From a virus, in the IMG/VR virus record IMGVR_UViG_3300017779_004709, positions 27,361 to 91,360 of that record: a stretch of 64,000 nt of DNA. The stretch is one strand, 5' to 3'. Numbering within the stretch: the stretch's first letter is position 1; every line of letters begins with the position of its first letter. Below the pieces are notes generated by a model. It saw only the letters and a program-made list of their open reading frames with translations, searched no databases and had not been told where the DNA came from. This document shows, piece after piece, positions 1 to 8,585 of the stretch. The position numbers and the translations under genes are program-made.

Positions 1-1
1 C

Positions 2-625
2 AGAGATTTAGGACATCATTCAAAAGGTGGTGCAGATTCAGATGATGAATACTTGGAATTCATACAAGAGTTTTGTAGTTCACTTGGAGATAAATCACCA
101 ATCGTAATATACGAACCTGATTGTATTCCACACATGGAACAAATGGGTGTGGTTGATGGGTTGGATAGGATGAGGTTGATTAAGGCAAGTATTGAGTTGT
201 TAAGTAGGACAAATGCATCAGTTTATATAGACATAGGACACCCAAAATGGTTAAGTGTTCCTAAGGCAGTAAGTTATTTAGGATTATGTGATATTCACAA
301 GGTAAAAGGATTTGCACTAAACACGAGTAACTATTATGCCACTACAACTTGTTATGAATATGGAAAGAAGATTTCAAAACGACTTAATAATACTCATTTT
401 GTAATAGACACCTCAAGAAATGGTAATGGAGCTAATTCAGAACATTTCAATCCGTTTGGTCGTTCAATTGGTGAATATCCAACCACACAAACTTGTGATG
501 AAATAGTAGATGCTTACTTGTGGGTAAAGGTGCCTGGTGAAAGTGATGGAAGGGTTAATGGAGGTCCTAAGGCTGGGAGATTTAGTCATGGATTGGCATT
601 AGACTTGATACATAATAAGAAATGA
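2..625 (+). CDS. Glycoside hydrolase family 6 (cellulase/endoglucanase-like), 5'-truncated by the window edge
   Basis: The frame is open from nt 2 (RDLGHHSKGGA). GH6 motifs: IYEPD, YIDIGH, GFALNTSNY, FVIDTSRNG, DAYLWVKVPGESDG. Confidence 0.85.
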   Translation, partial: RDLGHHSKGGADSDDEYLEFIQEFCSSLGDKSPIVIYEPDCIPHMEQMGVVDGLDRMRLIKASIELLSRTNASVYIDIGHPKWLSVPKAVSYLGLCDIHKVKGFALNTSNYYATTTCYEYGKKISKRLNNTHFVIDTSRNGNGANSEHFNPFGRSIGEYPTTQTCDEIVDAYLWVKVPGESDGRVNGGPKAGRFSHGLALDLIHNKK

Positions 626-1308
626 AACAAGGTTATGAAATAGTAAATGATTTTCTTACAGAAGAAGAACATAAACATTATTTAAGTGTATCGGAACAAC
701 GATATATAGATTCCCAAAAAAATGATAGTGAATATTACTCTTGGAATGGAAAAAATAATTTAAATAAAATTGAGGGTGCATGTAACTTTGAACCAGAGTT
801 TTTAAAATTAGCATCCCATCCCACATTAGTAAATAAGGCAAGAGAATTATTAAATACAGAGGATAGTATTGATGTTTATATTAGTAAATTCTTTCCGATG
901 ATTCCAAGAGTAGGAAAATCTACATTTATGCATCAAGATAATTATTACTTTAATGGTAATCCAAAAAAGATAGTAAGTTGCGCAGTTTACCTACAAGATA
1001 CCACGAAAGAAAATGGTTGTTTACGAGTAGTTGAAGATTCACACAATCAAGGTATATTTCCACATGATTTAGAAAGTGAAATACCATATGTGAAGTGGAT
1101 TGATAAAAAATTGTTAAAGGATTACAATATAATTGATTTGGAGTTAAAATCACCATATGCAGTATTTTTTAATATCAATATGGTACATGGTTGTTATAAA
1201 AATAAATCAAATGATACACGATTTAGTTTGGCATGGGAGTATATTGAAACATCAAATCGAGATGTTCAAATGTCTGATGAATTGTGGTGTGATAGGAATA
1301 CCATATGA
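622..1308 (+). CDS. PhyH-like 2OG-Fe(II) dioxygenase
   Basis: HQD..H triad (MHQDNYY, NMVHG), ENGCLRV, R in NDTRFSL. Confidence 0.85.
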   Translation: MKQGYEIVNDFLTEEEHKHYLSVSEQRYIDSQKNDSEYYSWNGKNNLNKIEGACNFEPEFLKLASHPTLVNKARELLNTEDSIDVYISKFFPMIPRVGKSTFMHQDNYYFNGNPKKIVSCAVYLQDTTKENGCLRVVEDSHNQGIFPHDLESEIPYVKWIDKKLLKDYNIIDLELKSPYAVFFNINMVHGCYKNKSNDTRFSLAWEYIETSNRDVQMSDELWCDRNTI

Positions 1309-1913
1309 AAAATTTATACACACAGAGATTTAATCCAGATCCTAAATGGTGGATGGATGGATACCACGATTACAATAAATATTTTGTTGGATTTATTCAT
1401 ATGCTAAACGACCTATGGGGAGATTGGAATACCTACGCAGATAAAAAGAAGTGGAATATGATTGAAATCGGTAGTTATATGGGAGAATCAATTCTATTGT
1501 TTAATTCTATTGGTATCTTTAACGAGATACATTCGATAGAACCATTTGAAGGACACGAACAGCACATGGTAGATTATGGATATGATTGGGATTTTGTTAA
1601 AGAAGAATTTAAAACCAATACAAGATTATGTAAGAATATTATCCAATATGAAGATTATAGTTATAATGTTGTTGATAATTTTGAAGATAATTCAATTGAT
1701 TTTATTTATATAGATGGTGACCATTCATATGCGGGTGTGAAACGAGATGTAGAATTATTTATACCAAAGGTTAAAAATGGTGGTTTTATTGGAGGTCATG
1801 ATTATGACCATCAAGAATGGATGGGTGTGTGTGATGGTGTAGATGATGCATTACTTGGTAAACCAACTAAAACCTATCTCGACACGAGTTGGATTAAAAA
1901 AATAGTTAAATAA
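1305..1913 (+). CDS. Class I SAM-dependent methyltransferase (Methyltransf_24-like)
   Basis: IEIGSYMGES, DFIYIDGDHSY, GGFIGGHDY. Confidence 0.85.
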   Translation: MKNLYTQRFNPDPKWWMDGYHDYNKYFVGFIHMLNDLWGDWNTYADKKKWNMIEIGSYMGESILLFNSIGIFNEIHSIEPFEGHEQHMVDYGYDWDFVKEEFKTNTRLCKNIIQYEDYSYNVVDNFEDNSIDFIYIDGDHSYAGVKRDVELFIPKVKNGGFIGGHDYDHQEWMGVCDGVDDALLGKPTKTYLDTSWIKKIVK

Positions 1914-1925
1914 TTAAAAAAACAC

Positions 1926-1960
1926 TTGACTTGTATAGGTTTTTCGTGTTAAGATCAAGT
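1926..1960 (+). promoter_or_regulatory. Sigma70-type early promoter TTGACT-N18-TAAGAT-CAAGT directly before an ATG
   Basis: TTGACT 1926-1931, TAAGAT 1950-1955, ATG 1961. The motif recurs at 2458, 4912, 5085 and 56699. Confidence 0.75.
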
Positions 1961-2461
1961 ATGAAAAAGAAACCACAGCATATTGAATTGATTCCATCTC
2001 GTGGTGTTAAAATAAATAAGAAAAAATATGGTCGAAGAATTCAACAACTCGAACATATACTTAATGATAAGACATATATTACAGAAGATAATTACAACTC
2101 ATATCACGAGTTTATTCGTAGTATGCATGGGGCATTAGTAAAGGGTAGAAAGATTACATATAAAATGGAATCAGCAATTACCAAGATTGTTAAAACTTAC
2201 TCAAAACACATCAAACCAGAATATCAAATAAAACGATTAGAATATATTGAGAAAACTCTAAAGAAGGTACAATCAATTCGTGTTCTTTTAGATAAATGTA
2301 ACTATTTACCTGATTATAGGTATGGAAAGGATATGTTCTTGGATTCCATAGAGAATCAAGTCAAAAGAAGAGCGTATTTAAGTAAAAAACAAAGGGTATA
2401 TCTAAATAAATTTCATCAACAATTTACAAAAAAAGTTAAAAAAAATGAAAAAAAGACTTGA
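1961..2461 (+). CDS. Hypothetical basic protein (start likely 1961 rather than 1931)
   Basis: ORF whose ATG directly follows the repeated promoter motif; Lys-rich. Confidence 0.65.
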   Translation: MKKKPQHIELIPSRGVKINKKKYGRRIQQLEHILNDKTYITEDNYNSYHEFIRSMHGALVKGRKITYKMESAITKIVKTYSKHIKPEYQIKRLEYIEKTLKKVQSIRVLLDKCNYLPDYRYGKDMFLDSIENQVKRRAYLSKKQRVYLNKFHQQFTKKVKKNEKKT

Positions 2462-2491
2462 CTTTAACGCAAATTCTTCGTAAGATCAAGT
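2458..2491 (+). promoter_or_regulatory. Early promoter TTGACT-N17-TAAGAT-CAAGT
   Basis: TTGACT 2458-2463, TAAGAT 2481-2486, ATG 2492. Confidence 0.8.
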
Positions 2492-4705
2492 ATGAATGAG
2501 AGAGAAAATATGAACAAAATCAAACACTTTAATCCAATGGCACTTCGTGAGAAGTATTCTGTTGGTAATCTTAATAAGAAGAACAATTATAGTTCTTTTT
2601 GGTTAGGTAATGATTGGGATACCACATCAACTTTTGATGATGAGGATAATAAACCCAAAGGTCCTGACCTAATTCAATTAGCGTCTTACAGACGAGCAAT
2701 CGCTAACTTTGTTAATATCGTAACGAGTCAAGATGTTCCTGTTACTTTCAACGCGACAGGAGATAGTTATACTGATGGTAAAAAAGTAGTTATCTCATCT
2801 AAGTTAGATGACAAACTATTTGATTCAACCGTAGGTTTAGCACTTCACGAAGGAAGTCATATCAAACTTTCTGATTTTGATTTCTTAAAGAATTTAGAAA
2901 ATAACATCCCACAAGAATACTTTATTCGTAGTAAGAAAAAAGGTTATTCTAAAAATGATGTTATGTCTTATGTTAAAAATTTACTTAACTATGTAGAAGA
3001 TAGGAGAATTGATTTTCATATCTTTTCTAACGCTCCAGGATATAAGGGGTATTATCATTCTATGTATGACAAGTATTTTTACTCAAAAGTAATTGATAAA
3101 GCACTTGGTACTGATGAGTACACCGAAGAAAATATGGATTCTTATATGTTCCGTATTATCAACCTTACTAATAAAAATACTGATTTATCTAAACTTAATG
3201 GTTTAAGAGATGTTTGGAAAGTTCTTGATATTAAGAATGTTTCTCGACTAACCAATACTGAATCAGCTTTCAATACCGCACTTGATATTTACAATGTTAT
3301 TCTTAACAACCTTCCTGATGGTGTTGAGAAAACTGATGACAATGGTAATACATCATATGATAGACAAGATGGAAGTGGTAATTCAGAAGAATCTACTGAG
3401 GGTAGTGGTTCATCACCTAAGAGTGGTGGTCAAGAAGAATCTCGTGAGATTACTGATACAGAATTTGAATCACTTCTTGATTCTATCGAGAAAGGTGAAT
3501 CAGAAGAAAGTCAAAGTGGTGGTTCCGCAGTTGATACAAGTGGTATGGATTTACCTGAGTCTAAGAAGAAAGAAAGTAATTCCAAACCAACTTCTCTAAA
3601 TACTCTATCAGACGCACAGAAGAAAACTCTTGAAAACGCAATCAAGAAACAAAAGAAATTTATGGATGGAGATATCCAAAAGAACAAACTTTCTAAGAAA
3701 GACAAACAAGCTATTGATTCTATTGACCAAAGTGGAATGTCTTATAAGGAAGTTGGTAAAGACCTCAAGAAAGATTCTGAGTATGGTAGAAGTGTAAAGT
3801 CTACCAAGTGTATCTTGGTTAAGAATTTCAATAAAGCATTGGTTGATTCTGATACTATTGGAATGATTAGTACTTCTCGTTGGTATAGAGAAGATACAGA
3901 AGAAGCAGTAAAAGAAGGTTTAAGACTTGGACAAGTTCTTGGTAGAAAACTTTCCGTTAGAACTGAATCAAGAGATACCAAGTATACAAGAAAGAACACA
4001 GGAAGAATCGACAAGAGATTAATTTCTGAGTTAGGTTTTGGAAATACTGATGTATTCCAACAGACTTTTGTTGATACTTTTCCAGACGCTTTCCTTCACA
4101 TCTCAGTAGACGCGAGTGGTTCTATGGGTGGTTCAAAGTGGACTAACACAATGAAGTCTGTAACCGCTATGGTAAAAGCAATTGATATGATTGAAGGTGT
4201 AGATGTGGTTGTGAGTTTCCGTTCCACACAAAATAGTGGTGGTCATACTCGTAGAAGTTCTACTTACAGACCAATTATGTTAATCGCCTATGATTCTCGT
4301 AAGGATAGTTTGGTTAAAGTAAAAACTCTTTTCAAGTATCTACAACCAAGTGGAACTACTCCTGAAGGTTTATGTTACGAAGCAGTTATGGATGAAATGG
4401 TTGAAGGTATGAAAGATAGAGAATCATACTTCCTAAATTTTTCCGATGGGATGCCGATGTTTCAAAATGATGACTTAGATTATTATCACGGAACAGCTAC
4501 CAACCATACCAAGAAAATGGTTAAGGAACTTCGTAATCGTGGAATCAAAGTTTTGAGTTATTTCGTTGGAGATTCAGATTATGACAGAGATAGAAGTATG
4601 AGTGATTTCAAAAAAATGTATGGTAAGGATTCTCAATACATCGATATAACTTCTGTAACAGCAGTTTCAAGAACTATGAACAAGAAATTCTTGGAAAAGA
4701 ATTAA
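2492..4705 (+). CDS. HExxH metallopeptidase-like plus C-terminal vWA (MIDAS) protein, CobT-like partner of a MoxR ATPase
   Basis: ALHEGSH, NYVEDRRID, Ser/Glu/Gly-rich linker, vWA MIDAS VDASGSM, GTTPE, NFSDG. Confidence 0.8.
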   Translation: MNERENMNKIKHFNPMALREKYSVGNLNKKNNYSSFWLGNDWDTTSTFDDEDNKPKGPDLIQLASYRRAIANFVNIVTSQDVPVTFNATGDSYTDGKKVVISSKLDDKLFDSTVGLALHEGSHIKLSDFDFLKNLENNIPQEYFIRSKKKGYSKNDVMSYVKNLLNYVEDRRIDFHIFSNAPGYKGYYHSMYDKYFYSKVIDKALGTDEYTEENMDSYMFRIINLTNKNTDLSKLNGLRDVWKVLDIKNVSRLTNTESAFNTALDIYNVILNNLPDGVEKTDDNGNTSYDRQDGSGNSEESTEGSGSSPKSGGQEESREITDTEFESLLDSIEKGESEESQSGGSAVDTSGMDLPESKKKESNSKPTSLNTLSDAQKKTLENAIKKQKKFMDGDIQKNKLSKKDKQAIDSIDQSGMSYKEVGKDLKKDSEYGRSVKSTKCILVKNFNKALVDSDTIGMISTSRWYREDTEEAVKEGLRLGQVLGRKLSVRTESRDTKYTRKNTGRIDKRLISELGFGNTDVFQQTFVDTFPDAFLHISVDASGSMGGSKWTNTMKSVTAMVKAIDMIEGVDVVVSFRSTQNSGGHTRRSSTYRPIMLIAYDSRKDSLVKVKTLFKYLQPSGTTPEGLCYEAVMDEMVEGMKDRESYFLNFSDGMPMFQNDDLDYYHGTATNHTKKMVKELRNRGIKVLSYFVGDSDYDRDRSMSDFKKMYGKDSQYIDITSVTAVSRTMNKKFLEKN

Positions 4706-4881
4706 TGATTAAATGGTTTCTCTCAAAGTGGTATAAACATAGTCCGACCTGTAATTGTGGTTGGACTATGAAACCCACACAAGTAAGACGAGAGGAATAT
4801 AGTTGGATATGTATATGGAAAAAATGTGGATGGGAAACCTACCAATCGAGTAATGGTAGATTACATTGGTATAGAAGATGA
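4705..4881 (+). CDS. Small Cys/Trp-rich protein (58 aa), possible Zn ribbon
   Basis: TAATG overlap with the upstream stop; CNCG...CIWKKCG; not in the ORF track. Confidence 0.55.
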   Translation: MIKWFLSKWYKHSPTCNCGWTMKPTQVRREEYSWICIWKKCGWETYQSSNGRLHWYRR

Positions 4882-4911
4882 AAAAAAACTTAAAAAAAGT
4901 GAAAAAAACAC

Positions 4912-4945
4912 TTGACTTTTACAAAAATTATTCGTAAGATCAAAT
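4912..4945 (+). promoter_or_regulatory. Early promoter TTGACT-N17-TAAGAT
   Basis: TTGACT 4912-4917, TAAGAT 4935-4940. Confidence 0.75.
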
Positions 4946-4963
4946 ATAATCAAAGGGAATTAA

Positions 4964-5056
4964 ATGAAAAACTTACTTTATACAATAGCAGAATTTTTAA
5001 CAATGGTTTGGATATTCTTTGTATTCGGATTATTAATGGTATTGGGAAATATTTAA
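4964..5056 (+). CDS. 30-aa single-TM peptide
   Basis: MKNLLYTIAEFLTMVWIFFVFGLLMVLGNI, downstream of a promoter and an AAGGGA SD-like site. Confidence 0.5.
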   Translation: MKNLLYTIAEFLTMVWIFFVFGLLMVLGNI

Positions 5057-5084
5057 ATTATTTTGAAAATAATGAAAAAAAGAC

Positions 5085-5119
5085 TTGACTTATATACACT
5101 TTTTGTTGTAAGATCAGGT
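5085..5119 (+). promoter_or_regulatory. Early promoter TTGACT-N18-TAAGAT-CAGGT
   Basis: TTGACT 5085-5090, TAAGAT 5109-5114, ATG 5120. Confidence 0.75.
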
Positions 5120-5165
5120 ATGAGAAATGAGAGATTAACTAACTTAATAAAGGGAAAAAAAAGTT

Positions 5166-6323
5166 ATGAATAATACAATAGTAAAAATAGAGATGTCGGG
5201 TAACCGATATAACGCTTGGGATATTGATGGTAATAAACTTACCTCAGAAATCTCAACTTCCACAAGGAAATCAGCTTATGAAGCTGGTATGTGTTTGGAA
5301 AAACGAAGTGGAAAAAATGATAGGACTTATTGGTGGAAAGTTCCAATGAGTAAATTTGACGAGATGTCAGCTCCTGTCATTGATGTTTCATCAGTTGATG
5401 TTCCATCAGACCACGCTGAAATGTTGAATTTCATTCATAGTTCTTATCAACTTAAACCTAAAGGTTTGGTTATGAAAGAACTGAATTGGAAATATTTGGT
5501 TAGAGGAGCGGTTCGTGGAAAGAATCTTCTGATGACAGGACCCGCTGGTTGTGGTAAAACAATGGCAGCTAAGTCATTGGTAAACGCTTTGGATAGACCT
5601 GACTTCTACTTTAACTTAGGAGCGACTCAAGATCCTCGTTCAACTTTAATTGGTAATACTCACTTTGATAAGAAGAAAGGAACTTACTTTTCTGAATCAT
5701 TGTTTGTTACCGCAATCAAGACACCAAACGCTGTGATTCTACTTGATGAGTTATCAAGAGCTCATCCAGACGCTTGGAATATTCTGATGACCGTTTTAGA
5801 TAGTGGTCAAAGATATTTGAGAATTGATGAATCAGATGGTTCTGAAACCGTACCTGTCGCTGAAGGTGTTACATTCGTCGCGACCGCTAATATCGGTAAC
5901 GAATACACTTCTACTCGTGTTATGGATAAAGCACTTATGGATAGATTCACTATCGTAGAAATGGATGTTCTTTCTGATGAAGAAGAATATGGTCTTTTGA
6001 CTTATATGTTTCCTCATGTCGATCCTGACTTACTAAAGTCTGTTTCAGAAATCGCCCATCAAACTCGTTCCGAGTCTAAGAACGATAGTGGTAGAATCTC
6101 CAATGGAATCTCCACGAGAACTTCTGTGGAAATCGCAGGATTACTCTATGATGGTTTTGGTTTAGATGAAGCCGCTGAAGTTACGGTTTACCCTCAGTTT
6201 TCTGAGGATGGTGGAATGGAGTCCGAGAGAACTTATGTGAAACAGCTCGTTCAGAAGTATGTTTCCGATGGAAGTTCTGATGACTTATTCAATGAAGAAG
6301 AAATCGAAAACGCTAATCTCTAA
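5166..6323 (+). CDS. MoxR/CbbQ/CobS-like AAA+ ATPase
   Basis: Walker A GPAGCGKT, Walker B ILLDE, ATANIG, DKALMDRF, STR sensor. Confidence 0.9.
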   Translation: MNNTIVKIEMSGNRYNAWDIDGNKLTSEISTSTRKSAYEAGMCLEKRSGKNDRTYWWKVPMSKFDEMSAPVIDVSSVDVPSDHAEMLNFIHSSYQLKPKGLVMKELNWKYLVRGAVRGKNLLMTGPAGCGKTMAAKSLVNALDRPDFYFNLGATQDPRSTLIGNTHFDKKKGTYFSESLFVTAIKTPNAVILLDELSRAHPDAWNILMTVLDSGQRYLRIDESDGSETVPVAEGVTFVATANIGNEYTSTRVMDKALMDRFTIVEMDVLSDEEEYGLLTYMFPHVDPDLLKSVSEIAHQTRSESKNDSGRISNGISTRTSVEIAGLLYDGFGLDEAAEVTVYPQFSEDGGMESERTYVKQLVQKYVSDGSSDDLFNEEEIENANL

Positions 6324-6335
6324 GATTAGTATCAA

Positions 6336-6370
6336 AGAAGAAACCGCTTTAAATAGTGGTTTCTTCTATA
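6336..6370 (+). terminator. Hairpin after the AAA ATPase, probable terminator
   Basis: AGAAGAAACCGCT 6336-6348 pairs with AGTGGTTTCTTCT 6355-6367. Confidence 0.6.
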
Positions 6371-6403
6371 TCATTTAACTACTTATTATAAGGATAATAA
6401 ATA

Positions 6404-6613
6404 ATGGATAAAACCCTAAAAAAGAAATTGGACAAACTTACAGATCAAGATTTGTTTATGAACGAAGATGTAAGATTGACTTATATTGAAAATGTTGTAA
6501 GGAAACTAAAACAAGGTGTGTATCCTACATCCAATTTAAAGCGTCTTGACTATTTGATTAAACGACATAATCGAATTAAAGAGATGAAAAAAGATTTGAA
6601 AAAAAGAGGTTAG
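6404..6613 (+). CDS. Hypothetical protein
   Basis: 69-aa ORF preceded by TACTTAT and AAGGA. Confidence 0.6.
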   Translation: MDKTLKKKLDKLTDQDLFMNEDVRLTYIENVVRKLKQGVYPTSNLKRLDYLIKRHNRIKEMKKDLKKRG

Positions 6614-6684
6614 TTCCTCTCTCTCAGAGGTGGTATCATTCCCCTTTATTGGTATCACCTCGCATTTTTAGGAAAGGGAACTAA
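6609..6684 (+). ncRNA. Candidate small structured RNA with a C/U-rich loop
   Basis: Outer stem TTAGTTCC/GGAACTAA; inner stem GAGGTGGTATCA 6627-6638 / TGGTATCACCTC 6650-6661; loop TTCCCCTTTAT. Confidence 0.4.
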
Positions 6685-6692
6685 CACAAACT

Positions 6693-7169
6693 ATGGGAGT
6701 GCATATGAAAAGGATAATAGAAGGTGTGTTAGAAGATTTAGTTGGTAGTGAATTAAATTTTGAATCAAAAACTGCAAGAGATACAATTACAAAATTAGTA
6801 ACATCAGCATTAAGAAGTGAAGGTACTTATATTAAAAATAATGAAATAAAATCAACACCAAATGATTTAAAACTTGGTGGTAAAGTACGAGAACTTAGTA
6901 ATCAAATTTACAGAGAAATGACAGCAGATGGATTACCAATTGGTGGAGATGTAGAGGCAGTATTGGAATCACAGAGGTTAGCAGAAGAAATAGTAAATGG
7001 GAAAAATGACGATTGGATATATGAATCACCAGATGGTGGAGAAACTGTATTCAGAAGAAAATTCGAGGATTATAATCCTGAAAATAAGGAACATATAGAT
7101 TGGGAAACCAAAGAACCAACGGGCAAAACTTTTTTAGAGTATCCGTGGCACAAGAAAGATGAAAGATAA
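6693..7169 (+). CDS. Hypothetical phage protein (start may be 6705)
   Basis: ORF containing a WIYESPDGGETVFRR motif of a type seen in T4-like phage hypothetical proteins. Confidence 0.65.
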   Translation: MGVHMKRIIEGVLEDLVGSELNFESKTARDTITKLVTSALRSEGTYIKNNEIKSTPNDLKLGGKVRELSNQIYREMTADGLPIGGDVEAVLESQRLAEEIVNGKNDDWIYESPDGGETVFRRKFEDYNPENKEHIDWETKEPTGKTFLEYPWHKKDER

Positions 7170-7344
7170 ATGTGTAACTTGTGGAGTTGATAGTATCTTT
7201 GATTTGAAAGAACACATAAAATTTAGAATAGGTTATATTCGAGGAGTAGGTCAATTGTGTTTGGGGTGTTATGATGAAATTTATTTTAAATCAAAAACCG
7301 AAAAGGAAATGAAAAATGAAAATGGAACAATGGTCAGGCTTTGA
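7159..7344 (+). CDS. Small Zn-finger-like protein
   Basis: CVTC...GVGQLCLGC. Confidence 0.6.
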   Translation: MKDKCVTCGVDSIFDLKEHIKFRIGYIRGVGQLCLGCYDEIYFKSKTEKEMKNENGTMVRL

Positions 7345-7624
7345 TAAGTACTGCGTAATGTTAAACGGAGAAGGTTCTACTGCAAAGGGAGCAAGAATGG
7401 GATATCAGGCATACTTAGACTTTAAAAGAGTAAAAGAAGCTTTACATCAGATATCAAAGTCAGATAGTGGTTATTCTTATGATGGTAATATTTATAGTAA
7501 GAGTATTACATCCTCAAGGGCCACACAAATTTTAATGAAATTAGAAGAAGCCAAATGGGATGATGATATAATTATAGTAGCTAAACAAATAGGTGCTGAC
7601 AGCATGTTATCACCGAGACGATAG
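7316..7624 (+). CDS. Hypothetical protein
   Basis: 102-aa ORF with AAGGA upstream. Confidence 0.55.
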   Translation: MKMEQWSGFDKYCVMLNGEGSTAKGARMGYQAYLDFKRVKEALHQISKSDSGYSYDGNIYSKSITSSRATQILMKLEEAKWDDDIIIVAKQIGADSMLSPRR

Positions 7625-7662
7625 GGGAAACTTATTTCTCTTATCGGTATAGGAGAAATAAA

Positions 7663-8148
7663 ATGGCAAAGAAACCAGCGTCGTTTGAGTATAACGGCAC
7701 ACTTGTTAAAGTTTTAGATGGAGATACAATCGATTGTTATATTGATTTGGGTTTCGATTTAAAAATTAAAAAAAGAATTAGATATATGGGTATTGATACT
7801 TGGGAAAGTAGAACTCGTGATTTAGATGAAAAGAAAAAAGGACTAGCAGCCAAAGCTCGTAACAAAGAGTTATTAGAGGCTGGTACTTTCAAGATAGTTT
7901 CACATGGAACTGGTAAGTTCGGTAGAGTATTGGGTGAGATATTTGTTTCACCAGATGCAGTAGGACACGAAGTATCAGAAAATGTTGATAAATCATCTGA
8001 TGGATTGGTTAGTATTAATGATATACTGATCAATGAAGGACACGCTTACGAGTACGATGGTGGTAAGAAAAAGAAATTTGTCGCTGAAATACAAACAGAA
8101 AAGGCAGCTAAGAAAGAAGATTTAGTTGATAAACCAGCAGAGGAATAA
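7663..8148 (+). CDS. Thermonuclease (SNase-like)
   Basis: VLDGDTID, IRYMGIDTWE, GKFGRVLG, LINEGHA; AGGAG SD. Confidence 0.9.
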   Translation: MAKKPASFEYNGTLVKVLDGDTIDCYIDLGFDLKIKKRIRYMGIDTWESRTRDLDEKKKGLAAKARNKELLEAGTFKIVSHGTGKFGRVLGEIFVSPDAVGHEVSENVDKSSDGLVSINDILINEGHAYEYDGGKKKKFVAEIQTEKAAKKEDLVDKPAEE

Positions 8149-8149
8149 A

Positions 8150-8227
8150 ATGACATACGAAATAGTAGTAAGTTACTCTACTGAAAACACTACCCAGCTA
8201 TACAAGTATTATTACTGGGAAGAATAA
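8150..8227 (+). CDS. 25-aa small ORF
   Basis: GAGGA SD; coupled to the upstream gene. Confidence 0.3.
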   Translation: MTYEIVVSYSTENTTQLYKYYYWEE

Positions 8228-8229
8228 AA

Positions 8230-8376
8230 ATGAATAAGTGGGATAGAGTAGAGAAGAAACCAAAAAGAATTAAGTATACCAAACAAGATGAACTTTTTGA
8301 TTATCTAAAAATGGGATTAATTATTTTGGTGGGATATCTATTCTTCCACTTTATAATAATGGGATGGACATTATGA
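8230..8376 (+). CDS. 48-aa C-terminally anchored membrane protein
   Basis: Basic N-terminus followed by MGLIILVGYLFFHFIIMGWTL. Confidence 0.5.
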   Translation: MNKWDRVEKKPKRIKYTKQDELFDYLKMGLIILVGYLFFHFIIMGWTL

Positions 8377-8540
8377 AATATAAGGTTATAAAAGACTATC
8401 CAACAGCAAATGGTATTCTTTATAAAGATGAGTTAGTTAATGAAGCAGGTAACTCTACTTTAAAGGGGCATATCAGAGTTAAGGATAATATGGGCCGAAT
8501 TTGGTTCGTACCGAAACAAACAATAAAAAAAATAAAATAG
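8373..8540 (+). CDS. 55-aa SH3-like small protein
   Basis: ATGA overlap; MKYKVIKDYP...GRIWFVPK resembles the SH3 pattern. Confidence 0.5.
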   Translation: MKYKVIKDYPTANGILYKDELVNEAGNSTLKGHIRVKDNMGRIWFVPKQTIKKIK

Positions 8541-8585
8541 CATAAAAAACCTATCGTTTGGGATTTTTTGTGTATATATATATTA

